From Candidatus Oxydemutatoraceae bacterium (GTDB lineage: Bacteria; Pseudomonadota; Gammaproteobacteria; Poriferisulfidales; Oxydemutatoraceae), in NCBI GenBank assembly GCA_965237985.1, contig OZ250161.1, positions 1,771,913 through 1,835,912 of the forward strand: DNA of 64,000 bases. Reading direction: 5' to 3'. A program made the translations under genes and the position numbers. The stretch's first letter is position 1; every line of letters starts with the position of its first letter. Positions 36,199 to 46,272 of the stretch are shown here, piece by piece. The notes under the pieces were generated by a model. That model saw only the letters and a program-made list of their open reading frames with translations. It was not told the origin of the DNA and ran no database searches.

Positions 36199-37660
36199 AG
36201 CAGCACAGAGGTAAGTGGTTCCGCAGCGAAACTGATTGTTGTTCGCAGTAAGGAACTGATTGCGGGGGCGAGCTTTGATGTTGTTCTCATGAGCAATGTT
36301 CTAGTCGCTGGTGAGTGGGTAAGGGTTCGGATTGTGGAAGCCTCGCCACCGGTTATTGTTGGTGGCAATGTTCAGAATCGGTTGGTAATGGAGAGTGTGG
36401 ATTCCAGCTTGTTGACTTTTATCGCTACTGATATTGAACCCGGTGATGAGATGGACCCGGAGTGGGAGTTCCTTGTCGCCGGTGAGCCGGTGCTGGCGGT
36501 TGGAGAAGTTGCACGGTTTGAGGGTTTGACAACAGGTGCCAGAATCACAGTTCGGTTGACGCGGTCAGCTGCTAATGGTGATTTTGGTAGTTTTGTGTTG
36601 CGGGTTTCAGATTCTGATGGAGCGATTGTCCTGGTGACTGTAAACATTGTTCCGGGGTGTGTCTTGGTGGCGGTCAAGATCTGATGACCAGGCAGACCGG
36701 CACTGGCAGATTCGTCAGTCCCTATCGGATCAGGACGCTGTGCCAGTTGCAGGACATGAGATCAAGCCCGAGTGTCCACTATGTATTAGCTACCGAGATT
36801 GATGCACGCTGGGCAAGTACGTTTAACGATGAAGCTGGTTTTGAACCCATTGCACTCGGTACAGAGAATGGATTTTCGGGTTCTTTTGTGAACAGTGCAA
36901 AGCATGTGATTACTGGCTTGACTATAGATCGTCCCAGCACGGATAACGTTGGACTGTTTTCCCATTTGGCAAGTGGGGAGACGATACGTGGCGTGATACT
37001 GCAGGACTCGCGCACGACCGGACGCAACAAGGTTGGTGCTTTAGTCGGTGCCGGCTCCGGAGTGATTGAGGATAGTCGTTCTATCGGTTCTGTTTACGGG
37101 GAAGATGGTGTTGGTGGTCTGGTTGGATACAGCAGTGGCAGGATTGGCAACAGCTATGCGACTGGTTCAGTAACGGGGTCTGATGGTGTTGGTGGTCTGG
37201 TTGGATATAGCAGTGGCAGGATTGGCAACAGCTATGCGACTGGTTCAGTAACGGGGTCTGATGGTGTTGGTGGCTTGGTGGGAATTCTCATTGGCAGCTC
37301 GACCATCAGTAACAGTTACTCTTTAAGCACGGTGACAGGAACTAACAACAGCAGCAATTCGGTGGCCTGGTGGGAAGCAGCGCTAATGGTGCGAGCATTG
37401 TCGCCAGCTACTATACGGGGCCGAACAATGCTTTGGGTGCCCAGCGCAATTTTTTGCAGTTACGCTGTCCGACAGCGGCTGGCGCAACCTGTCCGCAGGA
37501 CGATCCGGCCACCAGCTACGAGAATTGGGACCCGCGTGTTTGGGGCTTTGGCAGTGCTGATGATTTTCCGAAATTGCGAGTTTCTTTCATCCCGCGTGTG
37601 CGGGAGCAATGGCGTGTCAGAGTATATCTTGGTGGTGCAATGAGGTGGGAAGATCAGTAG
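36199..37660 (+). pseudogene. 5'-truncated, twice-frameshifted GLUG-motif adhesin fragment
   Basis: Three consecutive frames: 36199-36684, 36657-37643 and 37370-37660. It contains GTGRFVSPYRIRTLCQLQDM...YVLATEIDA...GFEPIA..FSGSF and repeated VGGLVGYSSGRIGNSYATGSVTGSDG (GLUG motif). After NSSN the sense continues in another frame as GGLVGSSANGASIVASYYTG...YENWDPRVWGFGSADDFPKL. The frame opens only at 36199, with no start or signal peptide. Confidence 0.65.
37107..37262 (+). repeat. 2 x 78-bp near-identical tandem repeat encoding GLUG units
   Basis: GGTGTTGGTGGTCTGGTTGGATA(C/T)AGCAGTGGCAGGATTGGCAACAGCTATGCGACTGGTTCAGTAACGGGGTCTGAT occurs at 37107 and 37185. Confidence 0.9.
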
Positions 37661-38859
37661 CTGCTTGGAGCATACAGAAAATGGGTTTGGAGTCAGGATG
37701 GCAGGAATGATGGAAAAAGATTGCCGGGGGAGTGGCAGGCCACCGATTTGGCCGATGCTTGTTATCTGTTACGGTGTAATCTCGGAATGACTTTGAATGG
37801 CAGCAGAGGGTAGTTCATGCAGGTTGGTGACAAAAGTTTGGCAGTGTCGCCCAGCGCCAGATTTTCGTTGCTTGTTGATGAAGAAACCTGGAAGTGTGGT
37901 ACTGTCGGACCGGCTCGAGCAGGAACGTCCAAAGCTCATGAATCCTCTTGGCATGTTGCAGGTCTCAGCTACTGTTTTGCCTTGCCACGAACTATACTTG
38001 ACCCGCTACTTTCTGTAGCCGTGAAGTATTCCGTAGTACGGTTTTGACTTTGCGGTGCTCCATTAGTCGGGGGTTCCACAACTGCTTGTCAGTAAAACGC
38101 AAACTGATTCATGGGCGCCTTGCAAGGTGCTGGCAGTTGGACCATATTTTTCCCGAAATTGCACATGGCAAGGCAAATACTCTTTGTTGTTGGGGGAGTG
38201 CCCACTGTTTTTAATTACTTTTGTGAGCGTTACTGTTCAGACGCTGTAGCGCATCGCTTGCGCAAATAATTTTCTACACAGCAGGGCAAGTAAAAAAAGG
38301 AATTCATAACAGGCTGGTTTTTGTCTGGCAAGTCCACGTAGAGGTAAATGAGTTGCCATCTTCTTGCCAGCCAAGTCATAAAAGTGGTGTCAGACGAAGC
38401 TTATTGAATTTGACAATGGGGCGGTAGCCACCAGCAAAGTCCTGCCGCCGCGATCGCAGCAAAGCGGCGTGCCGGGAGATCTTTCATTCCAGCTGACAAA
38501 TCGGAGAACATGCTTTCAGCGAAAATTTCAATGGTGGTTACAGGATTTTTGTTTGAACCAATGCTGATTTTGCGGTTGTCTTGACACACGCTTGATCATT
38601 AGCCGTAACACACGGTCATGAAGTATGACCACCCCGTATACTTGTTGATGTACTACCACTGAACCGGTGTCGGGAAGCCGGTAGGATGGTTGGGAAATTG
38701 GATATTGTTGCAGTGTCCCTGATTTTGGGGGTACGGTGAAACGGTAGCGACGAAAGCATAATCTGTGGTTTTGCAACGGCGATCAGTGTGTTGTCCCGGG
38801 TGCGGATTACGTTTTTTCCGGGAATGTCCGGGCTGGTGTAGATCAGGCTACATCTGTGA

Positions 38860-39831
38860 TCAGTGTGTGTCTGTTGTTCGGATCAGCGCAACAACATCAG
38901 CGGTGCGCTTTGCTGTGTCGGGTATATGCGACAGGCAGGTCATTTTTTTCAGCCAGAGCATTTGGCGTTTCACAAGTTGCATGGTGGCTGTGACGACTTT
39001 TTCGCACATGGTTTCGTAGCAGTATTCTCCGCACAGATATTTCCAGACTTGCCGATAGCCGACGGCACGAATCGCAGGGGTTTCATGATTTAGATCGCCG
39101 CGCAATAACAGGCGGCATACTTCGTCAATCAATCCATTTTGTAACATTTGCTCAAAGCGCGTACTCAGTATTGTGCGTTGTGTATCTTGGTCGGAAAATT
39201 CCAGTGCGATTTTTAGTTTTGGAGATATTGTTTCGTATCCTTTTTTGCCGTGCCCTTTGAATTTGCTCATGGGGATGCCGCATTGAAAATACACTTCCAG
39301 TGCACGTTTGATTCTTTGGCTGTCGTTTTGGTGCAGAGTGGCAGCTGTTTTCGGGTCTTTTCTGGCTAAAATCCGGTACAGGGCACAGGAGTCGTGTTGA
39401 ACGGACAGTGCTTGAATTTTTTTTCTGATTTCTTTGTTGATCGAAGGCATTTCGTCAAGGCCATATTCCAGTGCGCGAAAATAAAACATGGTTCCACCAA
39501 CCAGCAATGGGAGTTTCGCTTTTTGTTGTATCTGACGTATGAAACGAATAGCGTCCATGCAGAAATTACCTGCCGAGTAACAGCGTGCCGGATCGATAAA
39601 GTTGATCAAGTGGTACGGTACAGCCCCGTATTGTTCGGGCAATGGGGCGGCAGTGCCGATTTTCATGTCCCGGTAGACCATGGCGGAATCGACGCTGATG
39701 ATTTCGCATGGCAATTGTCTGGCAATTTCCAATGCCAGTTCAGTTTTGCCGACACCGGTGGGGCCAAGTATGAAAACCGGTTGGTAGACGCGATCAGCAG
39801 GCATACATTGCTGGTAGCTGGCATAAATCAC
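38860..39831 (-). CDS. miaA: tRNA dimethylallyltransferase
   Basis: P-loop [18 protein letters not shown], then SVDSAMVYRDMKIGTAAP. The track start is GTG 39831. ATG 39804 (MPADRVYQPVFILGPTG) is the more likely start. Confidence 0.9.
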   Translation of the reverse strand: MIYASYQQCMPADRVYQPVFILGPTGVGKTELALEIARQLPCEIISVDSAMVYRDMKIGTAAPLPEQYGAVPYHLINFIDPARCYSAGNFCMDAIRFIRQIQQKAKLPLLVGGTMFYFRALEYGLDEMPSINKEIRKKIQALSVQHDSCALYRILARKDPKTAATLHQNDSQRIKRALEVYFQCGIPMSKFKGHGKKGYETISPKLKIALEFSDQDTQRTILSTRFEQMLQNGLIDEVCRLLLRGDLNHETPAIRAVGYRQVWKYLCGEYCYETMCEKVVTATMQLVKRQMLWLKKMTCLSHIPDTAKRTADVVALIRTTDTH

Positions 39832-40798
39832 GGTTAGCTGGCATAACGCTCAGGTCGTTCCGTTGATCAAGTGGTACGGTACAGTCCTGCATGGTTTGGG
39901 CAACGAGGCGGCAGTGCTGATTTTCATGTCCCGGTAGACCATGGCGGAAGCGCCGCTGATGATTTCGCATGGTAATTGTCTGGCAATTTCCAATGCCAGT
40001 TCAGTTTTGCCGACACCAGCAGGTCGTGTCTAAAAACGGGTTGGAAGTTGCGATCAGCTGGCATAAATTACGGTTAGCCGGCATAACGCTCAGGTCGTTC
40101 CGTTGATCAAGTGGTACAGGTACAGTCCTGTACGGTTCAGGCGTTGAGGCGGCAGTGCCGATTTTCATGTTCCGGTAGACCATGGCGGAAGCGCCGCTGA
40201 TGATTTCGCATGGCAATTGTCTGGCAATTTTCAAGGCCGGTTCAGTTTTGCCGACACCAGCAGGTCGTGTCTAAAAACGGGTTGGAAGTTGCGATCAGCT
40301 GGCATAAATTACGGTTAGCCGGCATAACGCTCAGGTCGTTCCGTTGATCAAGTGGTACAGGTACAGTCCTGTACGGTTCAGGCGTTGAGGCGGCAGTGCC
40401 GATTTTCATGTTCCGGTAGACCATGGCGGAAGCGCCGCTGATGATTTCGCATGGTAATTGTCTGGCAATTTCCAATGCCAGTTCAGTTTTGCCGACTCCG
40501 GCAAGTGCCAGGATGAACGCCGGTTGGTAGACGCGATCAGCAGGCATACATTGCCGGTAGCTGGCATAAATCACGGTTAGCTGGCATAACGCTCAGGTCG
40601 TTCCGTTGATCAAGTGGTACGGTACAGTCCTGTATGGTTCAGGCGTTGAGGCGGCAGTGCCGATTTTCATGTTCCGGTAGACCATGGCGGAAGCACCGCT
40701 GATGATTCCGCATGGTTTTATCTGTCAATTTTCAAGGCCGGTTCAGTTTTGCCGACACCGGCAGGTTGTGTCTAAAAACAGGTTGTGAAGTTGCGATT
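39601..40798 (-). repeat. Tandem array: the authentic miaA 5' end plus four decayed copies (periods 241, 241, 262 nt)
   Basis: CATAACGCTCAGGTCGTTCCGTTGATCAAGTGGTAC begins at 39841, 40082, 40323 and 40585. Each unit repeats roughly the first 77 codons of miaA plus about 35 nt of leader. Track ORFs 40001..40234 and 40242..40574 are translations of these copies ([24 protein letters not shown]). Confidence 0.9.
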
Positions 40799-41055
40799 TG
40801 TAAAAGTATATCCTGTTTTTTCTGGCACTTTCGGATGCTGGATGAGGAAAAGTCACAGTGAACGATGAAAAGCCGCCAGGTCATGAATTTCTTGCAAAGC
40901 GTCCGAACAAGCTACGTTTCGTGCCGCCGTTCTCTCCCGACACGCGAGTCCGAAAAATCCATCTGCATCACTCGGTGAAAGCGACAGCATTTCCGCACCC
41001 CTGGCCTGACAAGGTGTCAGTGTGTTCTGAATATGCAATAGCGGGTTTTGGCATG

Positions 41056-42879
41056 TCAGCGCCCCCTGAGGAACAGCTTGTTCAATTCCGCAATATCGAT
41101 CTGTGTCCAGGTTGGTCTGCCATGATTGCACTGGCCGCTTCGCTCAGTGTTTTCTATTTCACGCAACAGGGTGTTCATTTCGTCATGGTTCAGGTTGTGG
41201 TTGGCACGAACGGCACCGTGGCAAGCCATGGTAGAGAGTATCCGGTCTTTTCGTGCCGCGACCCCGGTGCTCCCATCGTTGGCTGAATAGTCGCTGAGCA
41301 CATCCCGAAACAGTTGTTCGGAGTCATCGTGTGCGGAAAGCAAGGCCGGTACTTCTTTTATGGTGACCGTAGCTTCACCAGTGCGGTCGACTCGCAGGCC
41401 GAGTGTTTGGAGATCTTCCCGTTTGTTTTCGCAAAGCTCAGCTTCCGGTTCGCTTAACTGGACATGGATGGGCATGAGTAAAGTCTGCGACATTATCCCT
41501 GCACTGCGGTGAGCACACTTGAGTTTTTCGTACACGATGCGCTCGTGGGCAGCGTGCATATCCACCAGGATCATGCCGTTTTTATTTTCTGCCACGATAA
41601 AAATTCCGTGGAGCTGGCAGAGTGCAAAGCCCAGTGGCAATTCCGCGGAATTTTTGCTGCTTGCGTGTGTCAGGGAATCCTGTGGCGAAGGGGAGTCTTC
41701 GGTTGCGTATGTCAGCGGCAAACGGCTGGTTCCAGGCGACCGTTGCGCCAGCGATTCAGCAAACGGTGTCCTGTTGGGCAGCTGCGGCTTGGTTTGCCAC
41801 GCTGTTTGTGGATGTCTGGCTGGTGCGAAAGGGCTTTTCTTTAAGTTGATCAATTGCTCGGGCGAAGTGCGGGCAATGGCATTTGCCAAAGTATGTTGCA
41901 CGAAATTAAAAATAGATTTTTGATTATGGAAACGTACTTCCAGTTTTGCCGGGTGTACATTGACATCGACTTCACTGGTCGGAACTTCCAGGTACAGCAC
42001 ACAGCAGGGAAATCGACGTTGGTAGACCACGTCTTCAAAAGCGGTTTTCAACGCGTAGGAAAGCGTGCGACTTTGCACTGGGCGACGGTTGACCAGGAAA
42101 TATTGCATATCCCCCTGCGAGCGGGAAATGGTTGGCAAGCCCAGCCAGCCGCTCAGTTTCAAGTTGTGTGTCGTCCGCTCGAACCAGATGGATTGTTCTG
42201 CAAATCGTTTGCCCAGCACTTTTCCGGTCCGTGCACGTTGCTGTTTCCGGTCATGTGCCGGGCGCAGGCTTGTAAGCTTTTTGTCTTGGTGTACCAGGGA
42301 GAACGCTACGTCTGGGTGTGCCAATGCGAAGCGCTGGAACCATTTTTGCGTGTGGCCCAGTTCGGTGCGGGGAGATTTCAGAAATTTTCTTCTGCCGGGG
42401 ACACAATAAAACAAGTCACTCACCGTCACCGTGGTCCCTAAAGGGTGTGTGGTCGGTTGTGGACCGGCGGAAAGCCCGGCTTCCGTGGCATGCAGTTCCC
42501 AAGCTGTTTCTCCGGCAGCTGTCCGGGTGTTGATGGCAAAACGTGAAACCGCGGCAATGCTTGGCAGTGCTTCTCCGCGGAAGCCAAAACTGTTGACGCA
42601 TTCCAGGTCGCTGAGCCGGGAAATTTTGCTGGTGGCATGTCGGGCCAAGGCCAGCTGTAATTCTTCCCGAGCGATGCCCTGTCCGTCATCCTTTACCCGA
42701 ATCTCGTCCAGGCCGCCGTTGCGGATCGAGATCACGATGTCGCTGGCTCCGGCGTCCAGGCTGTTTTCCACCAGTTCTTTGACGACCAGTGCGGGTCTTT
42801 CGACGACTTCCCCTGCTGCAATCTGGTTGACCAGGGAGAGAGGAAGCCTGCGAATTTTCGTTGTCATCAATCTCGGCAC
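41056..42879 (-). CDS. mutL: DNA mismatch repair protein MutL
   Basis: N-terminal IRRLPLSLVNQIAAGEVVERPALVVKELVENSLDAGA (GHKL ATPase). C-terminal dimerisation/endonuclease-type region. Upstream of miaA, as in the mutL-miaA arrangement. Confidence 0.9.
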   Translation of the reverse strand: MPRLMTTKIRRLPLSLVNQIAAGEVVERPALVVKELVENSLDAGASDIVISIRNGGLDEIRVKDDGQGIAREELQLALARHATSKISRLSDLECVNSFGFRGEALPSIAAVSRFAINTRTAAGETAWELHATEAGLSAGPQPTTHPLGTTVTVSDLFYCVPGRRKFLKSPRTELGHTQKWFQRFALAHPDVAFSLVHQDKKLTSLRPAHDRKQQRARTGKVLGKRFAEQSIWFERTTHNLKLSGWLGLPTISRSQGDMQYFLVNRRPVQSRTLSYALKTAFEDVVYQRRFPCCVLYLEVPTSEVDVNVHPAKLEVRFHNQKSIFNFVQHTLANAIARTSPEQLINLKKSPFAPARHPQTAWQTKPQLPNRTPFAESLAQRSPGTSRLPLTYATEDSPSPQDSLTHASSKNSAELPLGFALCQLHGIFIVAENKNGMILVDMHAAHERIVYEKLKCAHRSAGIMSQTLLMPIHVQLSEPEAELCENKREDLQTLGLRVDRTGEATVTIKEVPALLSAHDDSEQLFRDVLSDYSANDGSTGVAARKDRILSTMACHGAVRANHNLNHDEMNTLLREIENTERSGQCNHGRPTWTQIDIAELNKLFLRGR

Positions 42880-42997
42880 TTAGACCTGTTGGCAGGGGAT
42901 GCGTCGGTTTTTCATCAAAGCAACCAAGGCATCGTCAAATTTCATGACCTCATAGCGTGGGTTATAGGATTATGATTGCCTGTTGCATAGTGAAGCC

Positions 42998-43807
42998 ATG
43001 AGCAATGTCCTGCAATTATATCCACAGCTACGTCAATGTGACGATGTCAGAGGGTTGTACCTGGAAGAAAATCTGCACTTGGCATCTCATTGCGTGTATG
43101 CAAATTTTTTGACGAGCCTTGATGGGCGCATTGCCGTGCGCGTCAACAATCGTTCTTTTGTTCCGGACGGTCTTGCCAACCACAATGATCTGCGTCTGTT
43201 TTTTGAGTTACAGGCGCAATGTGATTGTCTGATTACCCACGGTGGCTATTTGCGCTCCCTTGCCAGCGGAGAACTCGGTGATGTGTTACGTCTCGGGGGA
43301 GGCGTCAGCCACCAGGATTTATGCCGCTGGCGTAAAGGCGAGGGTCTTGACCCGGAACCACTGGTAGTGGCGTGTAGTGTCAGTCTGGATTTTCCGGTGC
43401 CTGATTTCGTGGAAAAAAAACTGTTTTGGGTGGCGACCACGGAAAACCACGACCGGGAGAAAGCGCAGGCGTTGCGCAGCAATGGCGTCAAAGTAATCGT
43501 GATGAATGACGGGCCGTGGGTAAAAGCTGGTTTATTGGTGAAGATGTTGCGTCGTGCCGGAAAGAGAACGATTTATCTGTCTGCCGGCCCGAAATTTTTT
43601 GAAGGGGCGGTAAACGATCGGGTTCTGGATCTGTTGTACATGACGGTTTCGCACCAGCTGCTCGGACACGCCAGTATCCATACTATGGTTGAAGGTCTTT
43701 TCCCTTCGCCACTGCGATGCCGGATGCTTCAGGAGCGCCTCATTTACGACCGGGACGAAAGTCTCAACCATGCCCAGTGGTATGCCAGGTTTGCCTGTCG
43801 CTATTGA
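42998..43807 (+). CDS. RibD C-terminal-domain-like (dihydrofolate-reductase-fold) pyrimidine reductase family protein
   Basis: VYANFLTSLDGRIAV matches the (T/M)SLDG(K/R)IA signature of RibD_C-type reductases. About 270 aa. ATG 42998 is preferred over the track's TTG 42983. Confidence 0.6.
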   Translation: MSNVLQLYPQLRQCDDVRGLYLEENLHLASHCVYANFLTSLDGRIAVRVNNRSFVPDGLANHNDLRLFFELQAQCDCLITHGGYLRSLASGELGDVLRLGGGVSHQDLCRWRKGEGLDPEPLVVACSVSLDFPVPDFVEKKLFWVATTENHDREKAQALRSNGVKVIVMNDGPWVKAGLLVKMLRRAGKRTIYLSAGPKFFEGAVNDRVLDLLYMTVSHQLLGHASIHTMVEGLFPSPLRCRMLQERLIYDRDESLNHAQWYARFACRY

Positions 43808-44371
43808 CGGCATCAAATGGCGACGGGCAGTTTTCGTTGAAACAAGTCATGCCGTGAAAATTCAGGCAGCAGCTCGACCAGAGATTTAACAGACACTCAG
43901 CGCTTCTGGCACTCGGTTATTGATCTGTCATTGGCTGAGGCGGTCTGATCGCGACTTTTTTATGAGCGTGAGGCCCAAACGCGCGTTTGACCACATTTAC
44001 CTGGTCGTCGGCCAGAGTTGCCGGCCATTAGTCGGGGAAAGTCAATTTTGTCCTCCTGTCAGGGCAAAAAGATTTGCAAGTTCTTTTTTAACCTCCTCAA
44101 CATAGCCTGCCTTCTCTGACTCGGGTGTGATGACATGGATTTCATTCAATTTTGGTAGCTTCCTGTTGACATCGGCGGGTCGCCATTCTGGCAAAGGCGC
44201 GTAGCCCGCCAATGGAGAGTCAAAAAACAAGACGCTTGTGAGAAAGACCGAAACAGTCGGGTTCTGTATACCTGAAGGAAGGTCTGTACAGATTAGCTCC
44301 GCGCTCAGTCGTTCCTGTGCGGCAGCGGGGAGGATTGGTCGGGGTTGGTCGAGCCTGATTGTGCAAGAGGT

Positions 44372-45559
44372 TCAGGTGGGGGGCGTTTTGGCAAGCGCGC
44401 GCTTGATTTGCTGGTCTGTGACCGTGTCGTTCAGCCTGGCACTGCCAATGGCTTTCATGAGCACAAAGCGGGGCCGGTTTTTTTTTGCTTTTTTGTCGTG
44501 TGTCATGAGTTGAAGTATCAGGTCTTCGTGCCAGTGTTCGGGGATGACAGTCGGCAGTTGTGCTGCCGTGAGCAGCGATTCAATTCGTGCAACATCCGCT
44601 ACGGGAAAATTTTCGATTTCCGACGACAGCCTGGCTGCCATGAGCAATCCGCATCCCACTGCCTCGCCGTGCAACCAGTGTTGATATTCTGAAATGGTTT
44701 CAAACGCATGCGCGAAGGTGTGTCCCAGATTCAGCAATGCTCGTTTGCCGCTTTGTTCTTTTTCGTCTTCAGCGACAATCCTGGCTTTGACGCCACAGGA
44801 GTGCCTGACAGCATGTCTTAAGGCCTCGGTCTCCAGCATCATCAACTGCCTGATGTTCTTTTCCAGCCAGGCAAAGGAGTCTGGTGAATCGATGAGAGCA
44901 TGTTTAATAATTTCCGCCAAGCCAGAGGAAACCTCGCGTCTTGGCAGCGTACCTAAGGTTTTCAGGTCGGAAAGGACTGCTGCAGGTTGGTGGAATGCGC
45001 CAACCATGTTTTTCCCGAGGGGCAGATTGACGCCGGTTTTACCACCAACGGAAGAATCCACCTGGGCCAGTAATGTACTTGGAATCTGTATAAAATCCAC
45101 ACCGCGCTGGTAGCTTGCTGCCACAAAACCGGCAATGTCCCCAACGACTCCGCCGCCAAGTGCAATGATCACGCTGTCGCGTCCGTGGCCTGCCTCAAGC
45201 AGTTGTGTGCAAATCTTTTCAATGGTGGCAAGCGACTTGCTTTTTTCGCCTGCGGGAATGGTAATCACGGTTACCGTCCTGGTATTCAGGCCCTTTCGCA
45301 AGCGTCCCAGAAAAAGTGGTCCGGTGTTGGTGTCGCAGATAATGGCAAGCGGTCGACCTCTGACCGCTTCGGGGAAAAAACTCTCCGCTTTTTCGAGCAG
45401 GTCGCTACCAATGATGATTGGGTAGGCACGCTCGCCCTTGCCCACACCAAGCTGTACAGTTAGCGTGTAGTTCTCCGGTTGCCGGTCTCGTTCTTGTGTT
45501 TGCCTGGAGGCATCCGACGTCGGGTTTCTCAGGGCCTTCCAGGTTTTGCTTGTATTCAT
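44372..45559 (-). CDS. aroB: 3-dehydroquinate synthase
   Basis: IIALGGGVVGDIAGFVAASYQRGVDFIQIPSTLLAQVDSSVGGKTGVN. A 4-nt overlap with aroK. Confidence 0.9.
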   Translation of the reverse strand: MNTSKTWKALRNPTSDASRQTQERDRQPENYTLTVQLGVGKGERAYPIIIGSDLLEKAESFFPEAVRGRPLAIICDTNTGPLFLGRLRKGLNTRTVTVITIPAGEKSKSLATIEKICTQLLEAGHGRDSVIIALGGGVVGDIAGFVAASYQRGVDFIQIPSTLLAQVDSSVGGKTGVNLPLGKNMVGAFHQPAAVLSDLKTLGTLPRREVSSGLAEIIKHALIDSPDSFAWLEKNIRQLMMLETEALRHAVRHSCGVKARIVAEDEKEQSGKRALLNLGHTFAHAFETISEYQHWLHGEAVGCGLLMAARLSSEIENFPVADVARIESLLTAAQLPTVIPEHWHEDLILQLMTHDKKAKKNRPRFVLMKAIGSARLNDTVTDQQIKRALAKTPPT

Positions 45560-46122
45560 GGCTGCTCCCCCTGAGTACTCAAAAAGTCGGTTACTTCCTG
45601 GACAATCGTTGTGGGACTTTTATGGTCTGTCAGCAAAACAAGGTCTGCGAGTTCGTGATAATGATGATTGCGCTCACGGGCAAGACGTGACAAGACTTCC
45701 CGTTTGTTTTTGCCGGCAATGAGCGGGCGGTCGTTCTGTCCCGCCAGCCGTTTCAGCTGGGCTGCTATGGAGGTTTTTAAATAAATCACTATGCGTTGTG
45801 GTTTTTCATCTTGAGAGTTCATGCTACCGTTTGCGATGATTTTCCGGCTTGCTTTCAGGGTGACTGCCCCGCCCCCCGCTGCTACCACCGCTCCTGGCGG
45901 GTCAATGCACTCAGATAATATTTTCTTTTCGCACAGACGAAATGATCGCTCGCCTTTGCTGGCAAATATTTCCGACACCGTCATACCAAAATGTCGGCAA
46001 ACCATGAGATCGGTGTCTAAAAAACTGGTTTTGAGTTGTTTGGCGAGCAAGGGCCCCACCGTGGTTTTTCCAGATGCCATGGGGCCAATCAGGAAAATGG
46101 TTTTTTTTGTGCTGCGGCTCAT
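45556..46122 (-). CDS. aroK: Shikimate kinase
   Basis: P-loop IFLIGPMASGKTTVG. About 188 aa. Directly upstream of aroB. Confidence 0.9.
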   Translation of the reverse strand: MSRSTKKTIFLIGPMASGKTTVGPLLAKQLKTSFLDTDLMVCRHFGMTVSEIFASKGERSFRLCEKKILSECIDPPGAVVAAGGGAVTLKASRKIIANGSMNSQDEKPQRIVIYLKTSIAAQLKRLAGQNDRPLIAGKNKREVLSRLARERNHHYHELADLVLLTDHKSPTTIVQEVTDFLSTQGEQP

Positions 46123-46272
46123 AGACCCATGCTAGAATAACGCAGTTCTGAACCAAAGGCGCACTAATGTTTTCTGGTGCCGGCAGGTAGATGATTCTCC
46201 GAACCGCGCTTCCTCGTTGCCTCCAAACCAGAGCGCGTTCCCAAGTTCGCCTGTTTCCAGAGGGTTTTTTGT

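Noticed and set aside
38528-38776. ORF downstream of miaA as a divergent hfq
   Set aside because: The position is right. However, a hand alignment to E. coli Hfq gives only scattered identities (roughly one in five), needs a gap, and lacks the Sm2 YKHAI motif. Hfq is normally highly conserved, so this is judged a chance ORF.
40242-40574. 110-aa ORF with a P-loop-like ALAGVGKT as an independent small NTPase (also 40001..40234)
   Set aside because: It is a decayed copy of the miaA 5' end. The P-loop Gly-Pro-Thr is mutated, and the ORF ends in out-of-frame sequence from the next repeat unit.
44042-44230. 62-aa minus-strand ORF downstream of aroB
   Set aside because: The composition is protein-like, but it has only a TTG start, no SD and no recognisable motif. 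Support is insufficient to annotate it.
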